Positions 34,561-47,603 of a stretch of 64,000 nucleotides of DNA are shown here, one piece after another. Made by a program: the position numbers and the translations under genes. Every line of letters begins with the position of its first letter. Within the stretch, counting starts at the first letter, position 1. Under the pieces are notes generated by a model that was given only the letters and a program-made list of their open reading frames with translations, was not told the DNA's origin and did not search any database. The DNA comes from Phyllosticta citribraziliensis (taxonomy: Eukaryota): the NCBI RefSeq assembly GCF_038025025.1, contig NW_027117340.1, positions 992,001 to 1,056,000 on the forward strand. Direction: 5' to 3'.

Positions 34561-37500
34561 ATGTCTGAGGATGCCTCGCGCTCGACCCCTCCTGATCCCT
34601 CGCAACCGCACAGCCAACCTGACGCCAAGCCTACAACTGCTCCGCCGCAGTCTGAGCCTGTGGAACTGGACGAGTTTGGCCTGCCCGTGAAGCGGCGGCC
34701 CGTGAGACGAACGTATTCGCACGCGAGCGAGGACAGCGCAAAGGACGAGCCAGCCAAGCCGGTCCACGACGACGCCAACGAACAGAGCAAACCCACAGAA
34801 TCACGGCCGAACAGTGCCCCACCAGAGGGCCCGGCAAATCATGCGGAAGGGCCAAACGATCCCGCGGCTCCGGCCCCGCTGAAAGATGATCCAAGTGAAC
34901 ACAAGGAGGCGCCGCGTACGGAGCCCGTTGCTTCACCCCCCGAGAAGGAGAAGAGTGCTCCCCAGCGCAACTCTACTCACGGTGACTTCATGGCCGAAGT
35001 ACCATTGGCAGGCGAAGGGCCCGCCAACCACTTCTCCGAGTGGTCCCACATGAAGCTCGCTCCGGGAAACGAACATGAGGCGAAGAAGAACGACGACGAA
35101 GCCGCGTGGCAAGAAATGCCCGCGTACGCTCCTTACGACGTTTACAACGACGACAACAAACTCGTGGCGCGCGAGGCGCCGGACATGGACGAGGATCTCA
35201 TGCAGTACGGGACCCTTGGAGGGGCGGGCAAGGGATACACCAGAGTGCAGCTGGACGACGATGCGGAATCGGCCACGAGCATGGATGACCATACGGCGTA
35301 CTTGTTTAAGAATCCAGGAACGAACGTCCAGGACGACGACGAAGAGGCCCGCGACCCCCTGTCGCAGATGCAGGCCACCAAGGACCTACTCACCGAGGGA
35401 CAGCGCATTGCCTATGTGGGAGTAGTTAGACTCACGATGCGAGAAATGGTCAAGGAGTTGGAGTCTCTTGAGCGAACAAAGGGCGCCAAAAAGCAGCTCG
35501 ATTTTTCGACCGAGGCCATGCAAATGTGGAGCCAGAAGATGATGGTCCGTCTGTATGGCCACATGGAAATCGACTCTTCCGAACAAATCATGATTGAGCA
35601 ATTGGCTGAGCACGGCGTGCAACCTCAGGACCTGACGCCCGCGCTCATGCAAAACGCAAGAGTCAAAAACCCGGCGGCCGAGGACCGCGCCTCCGTCTCC
35701 TCACCAAGACCAGACTCGGTCCAGAGCTTCCCGAAAAGCCCGCCTCCTTACCATGAAAAGGCAGAAGATGAGGACCTGCCCGAAGTCCAGACTCCATCAC
35801 AGCTCCCCGAAACAAAAAGTATCGATATCGACCTACGCTGGACTATCTTGTGCGACCTGTTCCTCGTCCTTATTGCCGACTCCGTGTATGATTCCCGGTC
35901 ACGACAACTGCTCGAACGAGTGGGAGTCCACCTTGATGTACCATGGATAGACATTTGCCGTTTTGAAAAGCGAGTGACGGACGCCCTTGAAATGCAAGAG
36001 GCGGCAGACAAGGAAAACTGGAACGAGCAAGAGCACATTGACAACCGCAAAAAGCTGCAGCGGAATAGGCGGCTTGTGATGATGGGCCTGGCGACCGTCG
36101 GAGGTGGTCTAGTCATTGGACTCTCGGCGGGACTTTTGGCTCCAGTCATTGGTGCTGGTCTTGCAGCGGGCTTCTCCACCATCGGTGTTGCGGGAACGAG
36201 CAGTTTCTTGGCTGGTGCGGGAGGCGCTGCCCTCATCACTACTAGCGGCGTTGTCTCTGGTGGCACTATCGCTGTGCGTGCCTCTGGCAGGAGGACAGGC
36301 GCGGTCAAGACTTTTGAGTACAGACCGCTTCACAACAACAAGAGGGTCAATCTGATTCTCACAATATCTGGGTGGATGAACGGCAAGGTTGATGACGTTC
36401 GATTGCCGTTCAGCACGGTAGACCCCATCATGGGAGATATCTACTCGCTGTTGTGGGAACCGGAAATGCTGCAGAGTATGGGTGATACCATTAGCATTTT
36501 GGCCACCGAGGTAAGTTGATGCCGAAGACTACGAGCAACTCTGTTGACGATTGGTAGGCTCTCACACAAAGTCTGCAACAAGTCCTCGGCAGCACGATCC
36601 TGGTCGCCCTGATGGGTGCGCTCCAACTTCCCATAGTTCTCACCAAGCTCTCCTACCTGATCGACAATCCCTGGAACGTGTCGCTGGCGAGAGCAGAGCT
36701 GGCTGGGCTGATTCTGGCCGACTCGCTCATCGATCGCAACCTCGGTGTCAGGCCCATCACGCTAGTTGGCTTCTCATTGGGCTGCCGCGTCATCTTTACT
36801 TGCCTTCAGGAGCTCTCGAAAAGAGGCGCTCATGGGCTTGTGCAAAACGTGTACATGTTTGGAGCTCCCAATGTGGCAAAAAAGGACGAGTACCTAAAGG
36901 CGCGGGCTGTGGTCCCGGGACGCTTTGTCAATGGCTACGCCACCAATGACTGGATCCTTGGCTATCTTTTCCGGGCCACCAGCGGCGGCATCATGGGCGT
37001 CGCTGGCCTTGCTCCCGTCGATGTTCCGGGTATTGAAAATTTCAACGTCACCGAGTTGGTCAATGGCCACATGGCCTATCGTGCTGCCATGCCCCGACTG
37101 CTCCGCGAAGTAGGCTGGTCTGTCGAGAGTGACGAGTTCACCGAAATCGAGGACCCGGACCCAGAAAATCACGAAGCGCGCCAGCGTGAACTCATCAACG
37201 AAATCGAAGAGGCTCGGAAACAGCTGGACAAGAAGCCCGAAAAGAAGGGCTGGAGTCTGTTCAAGCGAAAGCAAGCGGAGAAGAAGGAGTGGGAAATGTA
37301 CGACGACAAGTTCAAGGCTGGGGCTGAGAATGGGGGAGACGCCAAGGGCAACGTTCTATTCGATGTCGATGCCATCAGAGCCGAAGCTGCGGAGATTACA
37401 TCCCAAGGAATCGAAGTGCGCCAGCTCGAAAGCACAATGCCGCCCATGAAACTGGAGACGCTAGAGTCACCCTTGAGGCAACCCGACAACAAGAATAACA

Positions 37501-37844
37501 ACGTCTCCAACGAAAAGAATGATGACGGCGCGCTCATGGGCGCGGGCAGCAAAGGCTTCACTTTTGACGACGATTACGACGACCATCATCCGTACAGCGC
37601 CAATGGCGAAGGCGCCATCTCCATGACGTTTGACACGGGCTACTCGACACCACCGCGCAGCTCGCCCCTCGAACTGCCTTCCAACGCTTCAATGCCGACG
37701 TGGACAGCAGACGTACCGGAACGACCGCCGCTAAAGACTGGCTCGACTTCATCGATTCCGGCGCCCGTTGATCTCGAGCGCAACGCATGGGCTGACGATG
37801 ATGAGTTTGGGCACGAAAAGGAGTTGCATATGACGTTTGAGTGA
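34561..37844 (+). CDS. MIL1: DUF726/TMCO4-like lipase-fold membrane protein (yeast Mil1-like)
   Basis: DLRWTILCDLFLVLIADSVYDSRSR, a hydrophobic GLATVGGGLVIGLSAGLLAP stretch, LIDNPW and RPITLVGFSLG (GxSxG). Intron 36511-36558. Confidence 0.88.
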
Positions 37845-39696
37845 AGGAGAGGAAGTATCGAGATCTCCAGATCGCCTTTGCACATTTCTCTTGCCAATTA
37901 TGGTCCTTTTCGCGCTTCTTACTCAGCCAACAGGGCAGCATACCATGCCGGGCGTTGCCGTTGCCGTTGCCGTTTGCACTCTGGTCTTTTCGGGGTCCCT
38001 TTTTCGTCTTTACTTGCACCAGGACCACGCGAAATTGAGTTGCCATCTGCTAAAAATGCACGATGATATACAACCAAATCGAGGCAGGGTCACCACAGGG
38101 GAAGAGCCTTGCTGCACGTACATGTTTGCGCTCAGCGGATGATTGCAGGTTTTAACGCATCTTTATCATCGGCGTTTTGGCTTTTTTTGTTTCATCATTT
38201 ACTTGGGCGGGCTTTTGGATTTGCGGATTGCTGGTTAGGCTATCGACTGAATGAGCAAATGAGGCGGCTGACCCATGCTGTAGCAGCACGTCTTCATTGT
38301 GTATAGCGGGAACAGGAAAGGTGGTCACCTTCATGTGGCCTTTGGACATGAACTACAAACAAACCTTGTATGATTCCTTGGCTAGATTAATGGTAATTCG
38401 TTCGTTTGTCAGGGCCGCGAGGCTTAGCACAACATGGAATGTTGCGTTTTGGAGGCGAGTCATTGACACGTTCTTCCAAATCAATCGCAGATGGCTGCTG
38501 ATGATGGGCGCAACGCCATCGATGCAGGCGACGTCGTCTTTACGTCGTCCGCTTAGCTGCCCTGCTCGCTTACTCTGCATTCCCCGTCTCGAGCAAACGA
38601 TCACCACCCTTGTCTCTGCGGCGCTGCGCCAAATCATTCATCGACTGCCCGCTCGTTGCGTGCACACGCTGGACTTGAATGCTTCAAGGATGGATGCAAA
38701 ATCTCGGAACCTGGCCGTCCGTCGGCGGTACCTGAATGGAAGCCAGCATCATGACTCTTAGGCGAAGCGCTGATCCAGAGTCCCCGGACACGTCGACGGC
38801 ACCAGCAAAGGGAACGCCATCAGGCGCTTTTGCGATGATGAACCACTCGGACAGCCAGCGCGCCAAGACGGATTTTCGGTCAATCTCCGATCAGCAGACT
38901 TCACCGCTTCGCTATCTATCCGCAGTCAGCCGTTCCGGATCTCCTCTCGACGCGGTCGCTCTCTTTTTGCGTGCCTTGGACGCTGCAGGTGCTTGAGCAA
39001 ATGCGGGTAGGGAACGCCCTGTCTGGACCCGTCGACTCCTCGATGGACAAAGATTTGCTACATGATTTTGGACCAGCATTCCATGACCATGCACCCTCGT
39101 CTCCGCAACAATATTGGGATCCTCGCCCATCGCGGGGTGCGCGGACGGTTCACGGCCCTGCATCATTGCGCCTTCTCGAATTCCAAATCCTCGCCCGTAC
39201 ATGATGACCACTTGCTTACGGCCATGGTCAAGGCCGCTTTGCCGGCTGGACAGACAAGGGCTGACCGGATAGTGCTTGTCCAGCTCTCCAACCAGCAGGC
39301 CGATGACTGCGTCATTGAATCACCACTCCATCCCGTTCGCCATTCCGGCGACCAGCAAATTCGAATTGAAAAGAGATGGCGTGCAGCACTTTGCCCATTG
39401 GGGAATGGTGAGCTTGTCAGTCGGGACTAGCCCTACTCGTCGCCCTACCCCCTACGTCAATCCCGCCTTTGCCTCCCTCGTTCCCGGGCTTTATTCAGAC
39501 GTCAGTCTGCCCTGGTGGCTTTGGGCTGGGGGAGATCATGGCATTTTTACCAAGTGCCTGGCCACTGCATGCTTCGGCACCGTCTTCCGCCTCGTAGCCC
39601 TACCTAAATTGTATATACGGGACTCTGCCCAAGTTTTGTCTCAAGCATCTTCTAGGAGCTCTTCTTTCTAGCCGTCCTTTCCAGCCAATCACAGCC

Positions 39697-41104
39697 ATGC
39701 ATACCAAGGCCTTTGTGCTGGCAGCACTCAGCACTGTCGTCGCCTCTGAAAAGACTTGTCTGAACCAGACCGTCCCCGTCACCATTTCTTCGCGCAATGG
39801 CAACTTTAGCTTGAAAGCTCCCAGCAACAACATTGAAGCCACTGCTTTTGTTCAGAACCTGTCCCGTCCAGGCCAAAATTACTCGAGCACCGTCCTCAGC
39901 GGATACAACACCGTCTCGGGTACTTACAACATTTCGACAAAGTTTTGCTACGACAACGACAAGTCGGGAACAGACGCAGCGCTGCAGATTCTCACCCACG
40001 GCATCGGCTTTGACAAGACGTACGCGCATCTCTCCGGCCTCAATGGCATAGTCTGACGGGAATGCAGATACTGGGACCTCCCTTACAACAACTACAACTA
40101 CTCTTACATCAATGCTGCGCTTGCCGCCGGCTACTCGACCCTGAGTTACGACCGCCTTGGAATCGGCAACTCGTCTCACGGTGATGCCGTCAACGAGATT
40201 CAATCTTTCCTCGAAGTGGAGGCCCTCCGCTCTCTCACGACCCAGCTCCGCAAAGGAAGCTTCCCTGGCGTCAACCAAAAGTTCAAGAAGATCATCCACG
40301 GCGGCCACTCGTTTGGTTCCATCCAGAGCTACTCATTCGCCAACCTGTACCCGACCGAGACGGACGGCCTGATTCTCACCGGCTTCTCCCTAAACTCGAC
40401 CTACAACGCCTTCTTCCTCGCCGGCGGCAACTTCCAGCTGGCGTCGCTCAACGCTCCTCTTCGCTTTGGAAACCTCAGCGAAGACCTGCTGCACGCCAGC
40501 GCCGACCTCAGCGCTCAGCAAGGTCTGGATGTCGACCTCACTGCGAACCTTGCGAACCTGCTGTCTCCGTCGGCAGGCAGCCCACAAAACTTGCCCAGCG
40601 GCTACCTGGTGACGGGAAACCCCAGCGCCAACCAGTACAACTTCTTCCTGCCCGGCTACTTTGACGCTGGCCTGCTGTATGAGAGCGAGCGCACCAAGCA
40701 GCCCGTCACCGTCGGCGAGCTGCTCACACTCAGCAGCTTGAGCCCGACCAACGCTTTTGCCGGCCCCGTCCTCGTCATCACGGGCTGTAAGTCGATTCTT
40801 CCATCCATCAATCACCCTGTCTCCTAACCTACGTCATCCACGATTTTCTCAACGGGACACATACTAACGTGCCAAACCAGCCGCTGACCTCCCCTTCTGC
40901 GGCGGCGACTGCCTGACCACGGGCACCAGCTCGCCCTCGATCCCGGCCACCGTCTCCAAGTCGTTCATCAACGTCGCGCCCGAGAACTTCACCGCGTACA
41001 TCCAGCCCAACGCTGGCCACGGCCTCAACGCCCATTACAACGCAACGGGTGCCTATGCCTACGTTAACCAGTGGCTCAAGGCTCACGGTCTGGGTGCTAA
41101 CTAG
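39697..41104 (+). CDS. Secreted alpha/beta-hydrolase
   Basis: Signal peptide MHTKAFVLAALSTVVA, then LTHGIGFDK, YDRLGIGNS, GHSFGS, DLPFCGGDC and AGHGLN. Introns about 40020-40067 and 40787-40880. Confidence 0.92.
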
Positions 41105-41790
41105 AAGACTGAGCGACGAGGAAAAGCTATGATTGAGGGATTGTGTATATGGGCTGGGTTTTTGCATGAATGAGATGCATGGATTATGGATACGGTAATG
41201 GTAATTTGATTGCTCTTCTCTCTTGTCAGAGTTTCTGTTTCTTTTGTGACGGGAGTGCCACGCCTTGTGCTTTGCTTTGCCTTACCGCCGTCTACACCGC
41301 GAGATACTCCTCCACAGCGGCAGGCTCTCTGCCCTTGGCCGCGCTTTCAAATCAACTCCAGGCCACCCTAGCCCATCAACCTCCTGCGCTCTTCCCTCGC
41401 CTGCTCCAGACCTCCCTCCGCGGCACAAGGCGCAATACCTCCAAGACCCTCGCCCGCGCGTCTGACCCACTATCCCCGAACGCGCTGGCCTAGTCGAAAC
41501 GTCTCGGTCTGCCGGCCTCCGCTACACCACATACTATCATCGGCCAAACATCCAAGTCTCATGGCCAGGGGAAGAAAGGTAAAGGAATTGGCGGCGCGGC
41601 CGACCGATGCGCCTTTGAGGACGAACAATGCTGCGACCGTGTCCAAGAAGATTCTTCCGTTGGTATCCCCTCCACCCTTACTCACCCACTGCACACGACT
41701 ACTCCACCCAAAATCCAAATCCAAAGCCCCTCGCACCACCAAACCCACGGCACGCCTATCCTACCGGTACCGCTCGCTCCTTTCATCCGC

Positions 41791-42508
41791 TCACAGCTCA
41801 AAGCTCCTCTCAGACTGCGGACACGGCTTCGTGAGCTCCTCATCTGAAAGACCGCCATCCTCGTTTCCACATGGCTCGTTGGCGTACAACATGCGGTACC
41901 GTCTCGTGCCCACTTCCTCTGGTCGCAAATCCCTGATCTCGGCGTCGGTGGCGCGGCTGTTTTTGGTGTCGGTCGTGGAATTGGAGGCGTTGGGATGGTG
42001 AGCTGAGCAGGCGCGAAGCCGTTCTTTGAAGGTTGGCGCGCGGCTCGGTGGGTGGGGGTCTGCGGTGTGGTAGATGGGCGGAAGGGTTGGTGCGTCGGAG
42101 GCGGCGACTGCGCTGTACTGTGTGGAGGAGTTGGCTGAGGTGGCTCTGGAGAGCTGGCGGCATGATTCGGCATCCTTTGCGAAGATGATAGGTGAGCAGA
42201 GTGGTGCGGATATCTTGCACTCGGGCTGGCTTACCTCTCGTCTAGATGTGGCTGCTCTGGTCATGTCTTCGAAGGTAGAGCCGCTGTCTTGTCCGGTGTT
42301 GACACTAGATTGCAGATTTGGTGAGTCTTTCTTGCTACTTTGAAGGCTCTGGACAAACTTACGCGTGTCTGACGACAGTATTACTACTGGTGTTGCCCCC
42401 AGTGCTGTTGGCAGACGCGGGCGTCCCATGTTTCCGACCACTTCGACGGCGTAGGATGGCCTTTGTTTTCTGACGGATCTTTCGGACCCAAGCGCGCCAG
42501 TCGGCCAT
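41791..42508 (-). CDS. Orphan array copy 1
   Basis: MADWRAWVRKIRQKTKAILRRRSG..., phase-2 intron 42362-42305 (GTAAGT...TAG), C-terminus IRDLRPEEVG...DEELTKPCPQSERSFEL. Confidence 0.75.
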
Positions 42509-43073
42509 TGCTGTTTGACAAGACGGGCTTGAAGGTGGTGACTTGTTCAGCGTGTTGTGTGAAAATGTCGGTTCTTGGACAACTGTCGGCGAGGTGGTCT
42601 GCATGGAGGTTGAAAGGTAAAGTAGATGCAGAGGGAGACGACAGCGTCAAAGTCAGACGCGATATCACGCGCGGTTCGGCGTATGACGCGTTCTGTGCCA
42701 TTGGGTTTGGATGACAGAGCGCCGAAGTGAACTAAAGTGAACTGTAAACAAGCCTGATTTGTTCAACCGGGAGCACTTTGCTAATGTCAAAATGTGCAGG
42801 ATCAAAATGTCGAAGTGGTTCTGCTGTTCATGTCACATTTTTCAAGCAATTAACACTGTCTAGGGCACCTGAGCATGATGATGGAAGGGCAAGGTCTTGT
42901 ATTTTCTGCTGTTGATAAAGTCCTCTCGAAACCTCTCTGGTGGTGGAAGACCACGCTCCATTGTCCAGACAAAATAGGGCAAGACTCCGCTCGAACGACA
43001 ACTCTGACGTGCCATATCCCCGAAGCTCAGGTTTCTCTCCAATTGTAACCCGTCGTCGAGTTCCCCCAGACAG

Positions 43074-43659
43074 TTACTCTTCTCCATCGTCCTTCCCGTA
43101 TGCATCCTTCATGCGTCCTTCACGCATGAGTCTGATGACCTCGGCTGGCGGCAGACGCTTGGTGAACGAGATGTTCTCGCTCGGAAAGAGCGTGTAGCGC
43201 GGAGAAGGTGTTGAGTTGGCACTCTGGTGATGCGAGTCGTGTTTCTTGGAGAAGAGATCGTCAGCATGCGAAATCAAGACAAGTCTGAGCTTTCTCACCT
43301 TAGTTTCCACCTTCGCTGGCTTCGTCGGCGGCGTCTCAAGCTCTCCGTAGGGCTTCCGGTTGGGTTTGGATGTTTTGCTCAAGTGAGCGCCTTCGGAGAG
43401 AGTCACGCCGTTTCTCGAAGACAAGTTGTCGCCGCTGGACGCAAGATCTGGTCAATGCCTTCGTCCTCGTTGCTCGTTCTCTCTGGAATACTTACGTGCT
43501 TTTGTCTGGCGCACTGGCAGATTCCAATGGGCTGGCTGACTCGTCGTGTGCAGCAGACTTGGGCGTGGACGGCGCCTCCTTCACCTCGCCGCTGCTGGAG
43601 CGGAAGACCTTCATGGTCTTCTCCTGTACCTTCAGACTCCACTTGCGAAAGCCTGCCAT
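43074..43659 (-). CDS. Orphan array copy 2
   Basis: MAGFRKWSLKVQEKTMKVFRSSSG..., phase-2 intron 43495-43435 (GTAAGT...CAG) joining ORF 43074-43424. A second in-frame intron (GTGAGA...GCTGAC...AAG) is probable. Confidence 0.65.
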
Positions 43660-44251
43660 GCTTGCTCTGCGGAGAGAGGGTCAGAGATGCTTAAGCTGAG
43701 TGAAACGTGGGCGAGGTGGTGTACTTACGTTGTTTGGTATATTTCAAGTGGAAGTGTTTGGATTCGAGGCTCGTGGTGAAGATGAGCGTCGAGGTGGGTA
43801 GATCGATGAGGAGATTCAGGGAGAAGAAGGTCGATGTCAAGACCAGGCGCAGTGTTGCGTGGTTGTTGAACCAGAGGCGCGCCTGCGCTACCCGATTGGG
43901 ACAAAAGATGTGAATGCACTGAAGTGAAGGATTTTGAAATGCCGCCATCCCCAAAAGCTGGTCGATCAACCATCTTCCTTGGCCATGTCACCAAAGGATC
44001 CAGGGAAAAAAGCTGAATATAGATTATCAAAACCACAGAAGGACAGCGCTGGAACTGTTGCAAAGCAGACCATTCAGAATACTTCAGATGTATTGTTGCT
44101 GTACAAGTCCAATTTGTTTAACCCAAGGCGCTTGTTCGCCTTTGACCCAACCCAAAATACAAAGAGTGAACAGAAAAAGCCCCGCAACAGCACCGCATCC
44201 AAGGTCTGACAATCCCTGACCGGCCCACTTTGCCAACTGTGCGCTGAGCTC

Positions 44252-45001
44252 CTAAGCAATGCCAAGGTTCTCGAAGCTGCTGCGCTCGGAACTGCAGCAT
44301 GGGCGAGTCAACTCTTCTTCGTTGACTCCGCTCTTGTTTGGCGTGGCATCGTTGGACGAACCGCTAGGGCAGTACAGGAATGAGGACCTCTTCACGCCAA
44401 TCTCCTCCGGTCGCAGGCCCCTGATTGCGTCCTTGGTGGAGTCTTCTTCGCCAACGCCTGTCATGGCAGCGTTGAGGTAGCGCTCGTAGCGCTCAAGCTT
44501 CCACTGGCGGAGTGTGGGCCTGGGACCTGCCTCCGGGTACGCCATCTCGGGTGTGATGTCCTGCGCTTTGGGGCCGTCGCGTAGGCCAGGAACAGTAGAC
44601 GCTCCAGAGACCTGGCGTTGCCATCCGTCATCCTTGGGAGAGTTGTCAGTATGCAAAGAAGACAGCTTGAAAGCGAGCTCACCTACCTCTGACTCGTTAT
44701 TTATAATGGCTTCGTGCTCTTCATAAGAGATTCGGCCGGTCGAGGATGGATTCTCCGCATCTTCATTCGCAGGGCCACCGTGGGCTTGGTCGTTGGCACT
44801 TAGAGACAAACCTGGTTATTGACGCTCCTTGGAAGACTCTCAGACTATTTACCTGTTTTTTTGAAAGCTCTCGAGGGGTGTTTCGACTGTAGCGACCTGA
44901 GGGGAGAGTTGCACTTGACTCTTGGTGCCCTTGCGAGCACAGCGGAGGAGTGTCTTCGTCTTCGACTTGAGTTTGCGACCGAAAGCTCTCAGGCAAACCA
45001 T
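44252..45001 (-). CDS. Orphan array copy 3
   Basis: MVCLRAFGRKLKSKTKTLLRCARK..., phase-2 intron 44852-44799 (AAG acceptor), C-terminus IRGLRPEEIG...EEELTRPCCSSERSSFENL. Confidence 0.7.
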
Positions 45002-46817
45002 AATTCTTCTGCTCGACGAGGTTGGAAACGCTTGAGTTGGCTTGACCTGGGGCAGGAGACATACTCGTGAGGGTTCAACAAGAGCTCAGAATCGCTGGTC
45101 TGAGGGGAGGGCAGGTTGAAGATGAAGAGAGGAAGAGGGAGAGGTTGAGTGACAGGACAACATTGAAATCAAACATTGGGTCGAGCGTGGGAGAGCTGCC
45201 AAACTTTCACAACTTGAAGTGAATGTGAATGTGGATCCAAGCTATTGTCGGATGTGAATGTGAATCCAGAACCGCGGGCTCGGAGGTTGTCGACTGGGCC
45301 AACCGCAAGTTGCTGTCCATTATCGCTGCGTCATTGTCGGCCTCACATGTCTCGCCTTTCTACAACTCTACTCCGTCTCTTCTCTTGTCATGAATCTAGG
45401 GCTCTCCGTCCAGAGGCTATACAGCTGCGTTCTTCAAATATACGTATACTTCCGGGCTCAAGCATGAAGCTCCAGCATGCTCTCACATCTATCATTCTTT
45501 TCGAAAGCCGAAGCTACCATGGTCCAGGGGATTTGAAGCTAAATGTACACCGAAAACACTCCATATTGCCCAAACAAAAACTTGTCGATGGTGCCGCTTT
45601 CTCATTGGTTACCTGCTGAATTTTTTGCTGGGTACTTGCCCTACGAACGAATATTGGTCGGGTAGCGCAAGTGGCCAGTAGCTCTGGGCGACCTTTTGAC
45701 TGTAATCTAAAGACGTTGAGATTGCGGGTCTTTCTCCTCGCGAGCAGAGAAGCGACGTAGACGCGACTTTTGAGATGCACTCATTTCAGGGGCAAAGGTG
45801 TGCTGAGCGAATATTTGGTCAGCGTTGTCCACAAGAGGTTTCAGAGACACTTACGTCTCTTTTGGCGCTAGATGTTTGCACATCTGGCTTGTGATGGAAT
45901 TGATGGGCGTAAAATGTCCTTTTCGCAGCAGCTTTCGCAGAGGACTGCTATCGCTCGCCCTTTGAAGACCCTTCCGCGCAAACCTCTCTTTCTAGACGGT
46001 ACAGAGTGCAGATCCATGTCATGCTAAAAGCTCGATGATCTGAAGCAGCAAATCGTAGCGTTGAATGATGCGCTAAACGCCGACTGGGATCAAAGGAAAA
46101 TGTGCAGTGTCGGAAGAGTCAAAGATGCGGGCGCGGAGGAGCAAAAGGCGCAACCGTATACCTAGTAAACGAAACAACACAATGCGCGCCGAACAGTTCA
46201 TTCAACCCAGCGCCTCACTCTGCCTGAAAAACTGCAGTTAATATCTTGATCCACCGAATTTCCTTGGGCCATGCCAAAGTGTCTTCTGTGGCGGCAAGCC
46301 CCTGAGGAGTATGAGTTGAAAATGCGCCCACCACCATTTCTTGGAAACAGACACTTCGGTTGGACTGTGGAAGCTATCAGTTGTTGATGACTGAACAATA
46401 GGCGGGATTTTGAGTTTTCTGTGAGCAAAGAGGCTTCGTTGGTGCGTTGTGGCTGCTCAACGCGAGCCTTCCGTGTGCTTCACTGACGGCTCCTGTGCCG
46501 CCTTTCGCAGAATGTTTCCTGCGAGGATCTAAAAGAGGTACTTCGACAATCGAAAATGAATATGAGCAGCATGTAGAAAGCATTGACTTTCTGCAGGGCG
46601 GTTTCGACACGAGAATCTCTGAGGACCGGCTACCCCTGAATGTCTCGATAACCCAAATTACGACATCTGACCCCAAAAGACCAAATAAAGACCCCAAAAA
46701 GACTGATTGCAAGTGTTGGAGAAACGAAAACTTTTGATTAGGTGGAGTAGCGACCGCAAATATCCTCGTCTGTCCAAGGCCAAACTCTCCCAAAACCCTC
46801 GCTCCACCGCGCCTTCG

Positions 46818-47181
46818 TCAGATGGATCGCCTCTTGTCAACACGGCGAGGTCCAAAATCGTTGTTCGCCGGATTTGCAAAGAGGTCGTGGCTCGAAAAAT
46901 GGATAGGACCGACCTCGTCCGGGTGAAGTTCCCACTCTTCATCCTCGCCCAGTTCGAAAGTCCTCGGCTGTTCCTCCTCTTCCTCCCTCTGCTCCGCAGC
47001 CATTTTCCTCACAAACGACGGCAAGCGAAGCTTGTGGGGCTTTCCTTCTGCCTTGGACCCCCGTGCAGCGGAAGCGTGCCATGGATTGTGCGTGCCGAAG
47101 AGCGAGGAGGTGTCGCTGCGCTCCTCCAGACGCGGATCTTGGTCGTCGGACGCGTCCGGCGCAGAGCTTGGGCTTCCATGT

Positions 47182-47214
<33 letters not shown>

Positions 47215-47603
47215 CTGGCTGGGTGGCGGTGGCGGCGCTCGTGGCATGCGGTGCGCTCGAAAGAGCAAGAGGAAACCGTGCTCGTGGAGTTGGTGGTAGC
47301 GAGAAACCGGAAGCCTACTTGACCTGCTCGGCGAGATGGACGGGCGGCGGCTTGGGCGCCAGCTGGTGAGCTGGAGCCGATGACTTCGCCTTGATGCGGC
47401 GTGGTTCGTTGTCCACGCGGCGAGCGAGCGTTGGACCTGGAGCAGTCAGTGTTGGTACAGGAGTCTGTGTTACGGTGCAAGGAGACGTACTTGTGGAGGC
47501 TTCCATCCTGCCTCTCCTGCTCTAGTCGACGTTGCCGTTCTCTGGAGAAAAGACTTCTCATCTTCGTGGCAGCCCTCCGGGCGGAAGCCGAGATGCGGCC
47601 CAT
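46818..47603 (-). CDS. Orphan array copy 4
   Basis: MGRISASARRAATKMRSLFSRERQRR..., 54-nt phase-2 intron 47490-47437 (GTACGT...CTGAC...CAG), poly-Asp tract, C-terminal GPIHF. Confidence 0.75.

Noticed and set aside
38100..39600. Several 60-150 aa ORFs upstream of the secreted hydrolase
   Set aside because: No recognisable motifs or consistent exon structure; treated as intergenic or promoter DNA.
45960..46166. Plus-strand coiled-coil-like fragment KLDDLKQQIVALNDALNADW, preceded by an in-frame TAA
   Set aside because: Short, has no start codon, lies on the opposite strand to the array and has no recognisable family. It could be a pseudogene remnant but I cannot support that.
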